From Bacteroidota bacterium (GTDB lineage Bacteria; Bacteroidota; Bacteroidia; Chitinophagales; Chitinophagaceae), in contig JAUZOE010000007.1 in assembly GCA_030706605.1 (NCBI GenBank), positions 8,729 to 72,728 on the forward strand: DNA of 64,000 nt, given 5' to 3'. A program made the translations under genes and the position numbers. The notes under the pieces were generated by a model. That model was given only the letters and a program-made list of their open reading frames with translations, did not search any database and was not told the origin of the DNA. Of this stretch, positions 52,620 to 59,903 are shown one piece after another; position 1 is the first letter of the stretch; the number at the start of each line of letters is the position of its first letter.

Positions 52620-53369
52620 ATGTTGGCTATTCTTTTATTTTTCTTTTTGCACTGGTTTTTTTCTTTGTTTTTTCATTCATTTTTTTTACACAGATTTGCT
52701 TCTCATCAGATGTATACTACCAGCAAACGCTGGGAAAAGACTTTTTATTTTCTAACCTGGTTTTTTCAGGGATCATCTTTTTTAGTACCGAGAGCTTATG
52801 CCGTAATGCATCGTATGCACCATACTTATAGTGACACTGAAAAGGATCCGCATTCACCCCATTTTTTTGAAGATATTTGGCAAATGATGATGCATACTGC
52901 CCGCATTTTTAATGCTTTTGTAACCGGCAAAAATCTTCCTGACCCTGAGTTTACTAAAGAATATCTACCGGTATGGGAGCGGCTTGATAAAATAGGCAAT
53001 CACACAATAACCAGGTTGGCCTTTGGGGCATTTTACATTGCTTTCTATTTCATTTTTGCACCTAATTACTGGTGGTTTTTATTATTACCTATCCATTTTT
53101 TTATAGGCCCTATACAAGGTGCTATTGTAAACTGGTTTGGCCATAAATTGGGATACAGTAATTACGAAAATGGAGACCATTCAAAAAATACAACACCTTT
53201 CGGATTTATTTTAATGGGAGAATTATTTCAAAACAATCACCACTTTGCCAAGCAGGATCCAAATTTTGCTAAAAAATGGTTTGAGTTTGATTTTACTTAC
53301 CAGATAATGAAAGGACTTCATTTCATCAGAATTATTAAATTAAAACCAATACCTGTGCCTGCAGATTAG
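52620..53369 (+). CDS. membrane acyl-CoA/acyl-lipid desaturase, Delta9 type
   Basis: His boxes HRFASH, HRMHH, QNNHH; SDTEKDPHSP. Confidence 0.88.
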   Translation: MLAILLFFFLHWFFSLFFHSFFLHRFASHQMYTTSKRWEKTFYFLTWFFQGSSFLVPRAYAVMHRMHHTYSDTEKDPHSPHFFEDIWQMMMHTARIFNAFVTGKNLPDPEFTKEYLPVWERLDKIGNHTITRLAFGAFYIAFYFIFAPNYWWFLLLPIHFFIGPIQGAIVNWFGHKLGYSNYENGDHSKNTTPFGFILMGELFQNNHHFAKQDPNFAKKWFEFDFTYQIMKGLHFIRIIKLKPIPVPAD

Positions 53370-53465
53370 CTTGATATGGACACTACAGCACTGGCATCAA
53401 CCCAATATATATTTATAACTACCGATATCCACGAATCATTTGTTTGATCGAAAACATGCGTCTAA

Positions 53466-54563
53466 ATGAAAAACAAAATAAAATTTGCAAAAGCAAAAGA
53501 ATTAGATTTTTATTCCACATTAAATAAAAGAGTTGACGACTATTTTATTTTAAATAAAATATCTAAAAATGCCAATTGGGTTATGGTATTTAAAACTTTT
53601 TTTTATTTAAGCATATTTATTGCTACTTACCTGCTACTTATTTTAAATGGAAACAGCATCATTATCCAGTTTTTATTTTGGGGTATTATAGGATTTTTCA
53701 CTGCTTTTATCGGTCTTAATATTTCTCATGATGCCATTCATGGTTCTTTGTCAAAACACAAAAGGGTAAATAAATTTTTAAGTTATACCTTCAATATCAT
53801 AGGTGCCAACGCTTATATATGGAGCATCATGCATAATATTGTTCATCACACTTACACGAATATTGAAGGGCACGATGAAGATATTGAATCAGTTCCATTA
53901 TTAAGATTGTGTCCTCACCAAAAATTAATGAAAGTACATCGCCATCAATATTGGTACGCATTTTTATTTTATGGTTTCGGCTCTCTCTCATGGGTTTTTA
54001 TAAAAGACTACGTAAAGTTTTTTAAAAAGAAAATCGGGAATTATGATAATAAAAAACATCCTAAAATTGAATACTTTAATTTATTCTTTTTTAAAGCAGT
54101 TTATTATACCATCTTCCTGGTGCTACCACTTATCTTAATAAATGCTACCTGGTGGCAAGTACTATTGGGGTTTTTTGTATTGCATTTTTGCGAAGGAATT
54201 ACAATGGCTGTAATATTTATGCTGGCACACGTGGTTGAAGAAACAGATTTCCCTTTACCAACTGAAACCGGGAATATCACCAATTCATGGGCAGTTCACC
54301 AGTTGTACACAACGGCTGATTTTGGCCGGGAAAACAATGTCTTAAATTTCTTATGTGGTGGCTTAAATTTTCAAATAGAGCATCACCTATATCCACGCAT
54401 CTGCCATGTACATTACAAAAAGATATCAGATATTGTTAAAAAAACAGCAGAAGAATACGACCTCCGTTATAATGCGAATCCAACTTTTGCCGGAGCTATC
54501 AGGTCGCACATTCGTTTACTAAAAAAATTAGGCAGGCCCGAATTAGCTATAGTGCCGGCTTAA
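53466..54563 (+). CDS. membrane fatty-acid desaturase, DesA3/front-end-like (no cytochrome b5 fusion)
   Basis: His boxes HDAIH, HNIVHH, QIEHHLYP; GGLNFQ. Confidence 0.88.
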   Translation: MKNKIKFAKAKELDFYSTLNKRVDDYFILNKISKNANWVMVFKTFFYLSIFIATYLLLILNGNSIIIQFLFWGIIGFFTAFIGLNISHDAIHGSLSKHKRVNKFLSYTFNIIGANAYIWSIMHNIVHHTYTNIEGHDEDIESVPLLRLCPHQKLMKVHRHQYWYAFLFYGFGSLSWVFIKDYVKFFKKKIGNYDNKKHPKIEYFNLFFFKAVYYTIFLVLPLILINATWWQVLLGFFVLHFCEGITMAVIFMLAHVVEETDFPLPTETGNITNSWAVHQLYTTADFGRENNVLNFLCGGLNFQIEHHLYPRICHVHYKKISDIVKKTAEEYDLRYNANPTFAGAIRSHIRLLKKLGRPELAIVPA

Positions 54564-54604
54564 TAATTGTCCTTACCTGATTTAAGACTGGTTACTGACT
54601 GGAG

Positions 54605-55507
54605 CTATACCTTTTCAAATACAAGCCTGAAGTGATCCATAGTTTCATTCTCAAAACAAATTTTGTTGGGGCTAATTTTGAAAACTTCTACCTGGTGACG
54701 AAATTCTTTATTAAAAATAAATTTGGGAATAAGCGAAGCGTATAAAAAGTATTTCTTTAAATTAAATTTCCTGAACTTGATTCTCCACCTTTTAATAGTT
54801 TCAATATAATCACTTCTGCCACTGCTTTTTGATATTAATTTAAAATAAGGTGCTGCATTTTTTATTACCTGTGCATCACCATAGGGTAACCAGGATCCCG
54901 GGAATTGTTTTACCATTAAAGCCATCGCATAAGATGGAGAATCTTTGGGCGCGTCTACACTTACTTCTTCCAACGGCATCATATTCTTATCGAATACCAT
55001 CGTCTGCATATAAAACCTACCTCCCTGGGGTAATAAGTCATTTAATTCTTTAAAAAAATTATGATATACCTCATCTTGTTTCCCGGCTTTATATTCTTCT
55101 ATGGAACAAAAATGCTCTAATCCACCAATACATGTTATTGCATCAAAACTACCAAATATGTCCGGGGTAATCCTTCTGCAATCCATCACCTGCACATCCA
55201 GACCATTCTTTACACAGGCAGCAGCCTGCCCGGTAGATAGAGTAACACCAGAGCCTTTAGCGCCCCGTCCTTTAATATAATTAAGAAACGGACCCCATCC
55301 ACAAGCCATATCCAGCACTTTGGAATTATTTTTTATACCCAGGCTATCAGCAATAAACTGATGTTTATTTTTTTGCGCATCTTCCAGCGACATAGTAAAG
55401 TCTCCATTAAACATTGCTCCACTGTAATCAGCCATTTCGCCAATGCTTAACCGAAATATTTCATCAATAGTAGTATAGGTAAAATCAAGATCATTTTTTG
55501 TAGCCAT
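54605..55507 (-). CDS. cyclopropane-fatty-acyl-phospholipid synthase family SAM-dependent methyltransferase
   Basis: YSGAMF, LEDAQKNK, VLDMACGWG, GVTLS..Q, IGGLEHF, FPGSWLP; start placed at the Met at 55507. Confidence 0.8.
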   Translation of the reverse strand: MATKNDLDFTYTTIDEIFRLSIGEMADYSGAMFNGDFTMSLEDAQKNKHQFIADSLGIKNNSKVLDMACGWGPFLNYIKGRGAKGSGVTLSTGQAAACVKNGLDVQVMDCRRITPDIFGSFDAITCIGGLEHFCSIEEYKAGKQDEVYHNFFKELNDLLPQGGRFYMQTMVFDKNMMPLEEVSVDAPKDSPSYAMALMVKQFPGSWLPYGDAQVIKNAAPYFKLISKSSGRSDYIETIKRWRIKFRKFNLKKYFLYASLIPKFIFNKEFRHQVEVFKISPNKICFENETMDHFRLVFEKV

Positions 55508-55585
55508 TATGAAATATTTATATTTTGATTGCAACTTTGTGCTGCCTCTCAATGTAGGCAGATTTTTGCACTTTAAATCATAAAG

Positions 55586-56284
55586 TTACCAGATAGTGAT
55601 CCGGACTCCTGCCTGTGGTATCAGCATAGTTGTTCTCGAATTCTTTTCATCAAAAGAAACGTTCGCATTATTATCAATGTAAGGATTGGTAAGGTAACTG
55701 CTATAAGCGCCTATTAAATAGGCTGCTTTCAATTCAAGCCCGATACCATCGCGCCTGTTCAGGGGAATATCTATTCCACCAGCTAAGCCATAAGCTACAG
55801 CCCAATGCGCTTTGGTAGAATTGGAATAAGAAGAATTATAATCGCTGTAATAGGTGAGACGCTCCACACTTACTGTCGAAAAAAAGGCATTCCAGCCCCC
55901 AATCAAATCAAGAAAGGGTTTTATCTTACCCGGCCTTGAAGATTGTAAACGTGTAACAAACATTAAAGAAAATATATTGCTGGCAGCATCTACTCTAAAG
56001 TCATCATAAAAACCATTGATGTAACCGGAAAAGTATTGGGTAGCCCTGCTCTTTTCCTGCATCCCTAATTCAATACCAAATTTTAATGGTAGATTTTTAC
56101 CAGGCTTGTAAAAAAAATTTGTCCTTAAGCCAAAGCCTGCATCAGGATTTTCATTTCTATAATCCTCCTGGGGCAAGGTCAACTGCGCATCAAATGATAA
56201 TGAAAACTTTTGCGCCAATAAAGATGAATTGATAAAAACAATCAGCAAAAGAGTCAATAAATATTTCATTACTAATTGTATCAT
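55586..56284 (-). CDS. outer-membrane beta-barrel protein of unknown function
   Basis: Signal-like N-terminus, amphipathic strands, KPFLDLIGG, C-terminal QAGVRITIW; start overlaps the msrA stop (ATGA). Confidence 0.65.
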   Translation of the reverse strand: MIQLVMKYLLTLLLIVFINSSLLAQKFSLSFDAQLTLPQEDYRNENPDAGFGLRTNFFYKPGKNLPLKFGIELGMQEKSRATQYFSGYINGFYDDFRVDAASNIFSLMFVTRLQSSRPGKIKPFLDLIGGWNAFFSTVSVERLTYYSDYNSSYSNSTKAHWAVAYGLAGGIDIPLNRRDGIGLELKAAYLIGAYSSYLTNPYIDNNANVSFDEKNSRTTMLIPQAGVRITIW

Positions 56285-56829
56285 TTTTTCAATTTATCAG
56301 CAAACACTTTTTTCAATTTATCCATCTTAGGCTTTATTACAAAATAACAATAAGATTGAGAACTGTGATTTTTATAATAATCGCGATGATAATTCTCTGC
56401 TTCATAAAAATTAGTAAGTGGCTCAATAGCAGTTACAATAGGTGAATCAAAGGCGCCGCTTTTATCTAATTGCTCTTTATATTTTTCCGCTTTTTCTTTC
56501 TGTTCTTCGTTATGATAAAAAATTACGCTCCGGTATTGCGGCCCTTCATCATTTCCCTGCCTGTTGAGTGTGGTAGGGTCGTGGGTACCCCAATACACTT
56601 CTAACAACTCATCAAAAGTAATTTCAGAAGGATCGTATTCTATTCGCAGGCATTCTGCATGGCCGGTATTTTTTTCACACACCTGCTCATAAGTTGGATT
56701 TACAACGTGGCCACCACTGTATCCGCTGGTCACTTTCTTCACTCCTTTCAGTTGCTGAAAAACCGCTTCGGTGCACCAGAAACAGCCATTGGCAAATGTG
56801 GCTATTGCTATATTTTTATTTTCTGACAT
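56281..56829 (-). CDS. msrA: peptide-methionine (S)-S-oxide reductase
   Basis: GCFWCTE active site, SGYSGG, PTYEQVC, HDPTTLNRQGND.GPQYRS, FYEAENYH. Confidence 0.97.
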   Translation of the reverse strand: MSENKNIAIATFANGCFWCTEAVFQQLKGVKKVTSGYSGGHVVNPTYEQVCEKNTGHAECLRIEYDPSEITFDELLEVYWGTHDPTTLNRQGNDEGPQYRSVIFYHNEEQKEKAEKYKEQLDKSGAFDSPIVTAIEPLTNFYEAENYHRDYYKNHSSQSYCYFVIKPKMDKLKKVFADKLKK

Positions 56830-56859
56830 AGATTTCTTGTTGTTTTATCTTCTTATTTC

Positions 56860-56867
56860 CAAAGATA
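56860..56867 (-). promoter_or_regulatory. housekeeping -7 element for msrA
   Basis: TATCTTTG matches TAnnTTTG, 30 nt upstream of the msrA ATG. Confidence 0.6.
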
Positions 56868-57014
56868 AGTTTTGTAGTTTTTTTTATTGATAAAATAATA
56901 TTAACTCGTGCGAACTAAAAAACCAAATTATTACAAAAGCAATGGAGTTTTGAATTAAAAATACGCTCATAACAAATTTGTAACTAAGCAGATTGTATAA
57001 AATAAATAATTCTT

Positions 57015-57043
57015 GTCAGGTTATATAAAACGCTACGACTAAT
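57015..57043 (+). promoter_or_regulatory. putative ECF sigma promoter P1 (upstream of the sigma gene)
   Basis: GTCAGGTT-N13-CGACTAAT; the same motif and spacing recur at 58443. Confidence 0.65.
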
Positions 57044-57302
57044 TATAGAAACACAAAACTTTAGCAAAAGAAAAAAATGATTTTTCCCCTGGCGCTCGTC
57101 ATGAATCTTTCTATTTCTGCAAGTTCCTCCAGGCAAAATCTCTTGATGAGAGAGATGAGAATAATTATATAATCCAGGAAAAATTAACCAGCTTAAAGGA
57201 ATCAAATTTTGAGTAAGTTTGACTACATAAACTTTAAGAGTTTTTCAATTTAATTTATATCGTTTAAACAGGAAGGAAGATAAATCTAAAAAGGAAGTAG
57301 TA

Positions 57303-57890
57303 ATGTATCAAAGTGATCCGGCTATTGTAATTAAATCCTGGGTTGAAAAGTTTTCTGACAAAATGTATTCCTGGGCCTTTTATAAAACCAATAGTAAAGA
57401 AACCGCTGAAGACCTGGTACAGGATACTTTTTTGGCAGCCTATCAATCTTTGGAAAAGTTTGAAGGAAAAAGCAATCCTAAAACATGGCTTTTTGGAATT
57501 CTCAATAATAAAATAGTCGATCATTTTAGGAAGTCTTATCGTAATACTGCCATAAATGAAAGTGACTCAAAACAAAATTCCTCGTCCTCCTTTTTTGAAT
57601 CATTTTTTGATACAGATGGTAAGTGGCTGAAAGAACAGCAACCGCATGATTGGGCAGATGAAGGCGTGAACCTGCTGGATGATGAAGTATTTATTAAAGT
57701 ATTACAGGCTTGTATGAATAATTTACCATCTTCCTGGTTCTCGGCAATCCAGTTAAGATACCTGGAAGAAAAAAAAGGAGACTTGATATGTCAGGAATTA
57801 AAGATCACTAATACTAATTTTTGGCAGATATTACACAGAGCTAAGTTACAGCTTAGAAAATGCCTGGAATTAAATTGGTTTAAAAAGTAG
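57303..57890 (+). CDS. ECF sigma-70 factor (TIGR02943-like, Neisseria sigmaE-like)
   Basis: Region 2 AEDLVQDTFLAA..FEGKS.PKTWLFGILNNKI.D; FFDTDGKW insertion; region 4 ending LHRAKLQLRKCLELNWF. Confidence 0.92.
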   Translation: MYQSDPAIVIKSWVEKFSDKMYSWAFYKTNSKETAEDLVQDTFLAAYQSLEKFEGKSNPKTWLFGILNNKIVDHFRKSYRNTAINESDSKQNSSSSFFESFFDTDGKWLKEQQPHDWADEGVNLLDDEVFIKVLQACMNNLPSSWFSAIQLRYLEEKKGDLICQELKITNTNFWQILHRAKLQLRKCLELNWFKK

Positions 57891-57894
57891 AATA

Positions 57895-58161
57895 ATGAAA
57901 AAAATATTAAACCTGTTAATGCTTTCATGCAAAAAAGCAACGGAGTTGATAGAAAAGGGCTTATTGGTAAGGCTTTCTTTCAGGGAAAAAATACAATTGC
58001 AATTGCATAAGAGCATGTGTAATGCCTGTACAACTTACGAGAAACAAAGCAAAAAAATGGATGAAATCCTTCATAAACATATTCATGATGATAGTACTGA
58101 CTCCTCCGGTATTATTCAAAATGAAGAATTAAAAGAAAAGATCCTAAACAAACTAAAATAG
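57895..58161 (+). CDS. small soluble zinc-binding anti-sigma factor (zf-HC2/ZAS-like)
   Basis: 88 aa; SCKKATELIE...LHKSMCNAC (Hx3Cx2C); 4 nt after the sigma stop; no TM helix. Confidence 0.85.
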   Translation: MKKILNLLMLSCKKATELIEKGLLVRLSFREKIQLQLHKSMCNACTTYEKQSKKMDEILHKHIHDDSTDSSGIIQNEELKEKILNKLK

Positions 58162-58442
58162 CATTAAAATCCTTTAACCATTTCATTGCTGCATACATTA
58201 ATATTAATCACCAGTACTTTTAAAAGAAAATGATTTTTTGCTGACTAAACCATTTTGTAATCTTTGTTCCTGCTACCACCAACTAATTTTATTAGTTCAA
58301 CCCTGATTTTTAAATTCTCACATACTTCTTATGCCTGTTTTTCTTATTTAAAATAATGGCAAAGTTTCTTTTCATGCCCCTGTTCTCCAGGGAACAACAG
58401 TCTTCTTCTTTTTCGATCTGAAAAAATTATTTTCTTCTGTTT

Positions 58443-58468
58443 GTCAGGTTTTATATAATCCTGCGACT
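58443..58468 (+). promoter_or_regulatory. putative ECF sigma promoter P2 (upstream of the DUF302 gene)
   Basis: GTCAGGTT-N13-CGACT, ending 41 nt before the ATG at 58510. Confidence 0.7.
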
Positions 58469-58509
58469 CTTCCTGTATAAAATCATTTATAACAAAAAAC
58501 TTTTCAATC

Positions 58510-58989
58510 ATGAAAACAAAAAAATTAAGATTACCTGCTCTTTTATTTGTAGCAGTAATGATGACAGGGATGTTCAGTTTTACTACCGGCGGACTACAAG
58601 CCCAATCAATTAAACCGGTAACCGTAAAATCTGCAAAAAATTTTGACGAAACTATCAGTGCAATTAAAAAGGCTGTTTCGGGAGGCAGTATGATGGTATT
58701 ATCAGAATTAAACCAGGGAAAAATTCTCTCTATGACAGGGTTGACCATCAATGCACATTCATTTTTTGTTGGCAATCCTAATGTTGGTAAAGAGGCTTTT
58801 TCATCAGACCCTTCTGTTGGACTTGTAATTCCAATTCGAATTAATGTATATGAGCAAAATGGAGCCACCTATATCAATTATTTCAGGCCATCTGATCTTT
58901 TCTCTTCTTTTAGTAGCCCTAAAGTAAAAATGATAGCCGGGAAACTGGATGGGAAACTGGAAATGATGATGAAGATGATCTCTATGTAA
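58510..58989 (+). CDS. DUF302 family protein, secreted/periplasmic
   Basis: Signal peptide; KS.KNFDETISAIK.AV...MMVLSELNQ, FFVGNPNVGKE, P.VGLVIPIRINVYE..G.TYI.Y.RPS pattern. Confidence 0.8.
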   Translation: MKTKKLRLPALLFVAVMMTGMFSFTTGGLQAQSIKPVTVKSAKNFDETISAIKKAVSGGSMMVLSELNQGKILSMTGLTINAHSFFVGNPNVGKEAFSSDPSVGLVIPIRINVYEQNGATYINYFRPSDLFSSFSSPKVKMIAGKLDGKLEMMMKMISM

Positions 58990-58994
58990 ATAAC

Positions 58995-59030
58995 AAGAGA
59001 GGCGGAAAAAAGTATTTTTCCGCCTCTCTT
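58995..59030 (+). terminator. hairpin/terminator between the DUF302 and membrane-protein genes
   Basis: AAGAGAGGCGGAAAAA-AGTA-TTTTTCCGCCTCTCTT perfect 16-bp inverted repeat followed by ATTTTT. Confidence 0.8.
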
Positions 59031-59059
59031 ATTTTTCAGAAATTTTTAAAACATACAAG

Positions 59060-59743
59060 ATGATACAGGATAAAAAAAAATTGGGGATAGTACTGATTGT
59101 TCTTATACTTTCCGGCATTGCACCTAACTTGTTCCCAATTTCTCAAACAGGAACAGCACCCCTTTCTTCTCTTGCAACAAAATTTCTTATTCCTTCGGTA
59201 GTCCTTATTTTTATAATAATCGGCCTTGCTCATTTATTAAAATATACAAACCTGAAAAAACAGATAATCAATTGTATTTTAGCAGGTATGGTGGCCACCA
59301 TTGGATTGGAAATCATCAGGGAGATTGGTTTTAGGCTTGGCGGGATGCCAGGTGATATGCCTAAATTAATGGGAGTTTTATTACTTGACAGGTTTGCTGA
59401 CGGACCTGATTTTTGGTCTAACCTGGCAGGCTGGAGCTATCACTTTTGGAACGGTGCTGCTTTCGGAATAATATTTAGTTTATTATTTGGCAGGGGGAAA
59501 TTGATGACCGGAATATTTTATGGTTTCCTTATTGGTATAGGTTTTATGATAAGCCCCGTAACCAGGACATTAGGAATAGGAACCTTTGGATTGCAATTTA
59601 AAGATGGATACCAGTTTATGATTACGGTTACACTTGCTCATATAGCTTTTGGTGGCATCCTTGGATTCATTATTCATAAAATAAATATCGGGCAACCTAA
59701 TATATTCAAAAGAATCAAAGATGCTTTTATCAATATTAACTAA
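59060..59743 (+). CDS. integral membrane protein with two intramembrane His (DUF1440/DUF2938/DUF6789-like fold suspected)
   Basis: About six hydrophobic helices; GWSYHFWNGAAFG and TLAHIAFGGILG. Confidence 0.6.
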   Translation: MIQDKKKLGIVLIVLILSGIAPNLFPISQTGTAPLSSLATKFLIPSVVLIFIIIGLAHLLKYTNLKKQIINCILAGMVATIGLEIIREIGFRLGGMPGDMPKLMGVLLLDRFADGPDFWSNLAGWSYHFWNGAAFGIIFSLLFGRGKLMTGIFYGFLIGIGFMISPVTRTLGIGTFGLQFKDGYQFMITVTLAHIAFGGILGFIIHKINIGQPNIFKRIKDAFININ

Positions 59744-59903
59744 CCCTATTTACATTCATATTTAAGGAATTACGTTTTCTATACAAAAGTTTCTTTGCTT
59801 AAAGAAAACGTAATTATATTTCGAAGTTTTTATTTATTTCTGGTTCATAAATGATGGTATCCGTACTTTTACTACTACTAAATATTTTCGTAGTACTTAA
59901 TAA

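Noticed and set aside
58344-58868. 174-aa minus-strand ORF
   Set aside because: Antisense shadow of the DUF302 gene, which has a signal peptide, family motifs and a promoter
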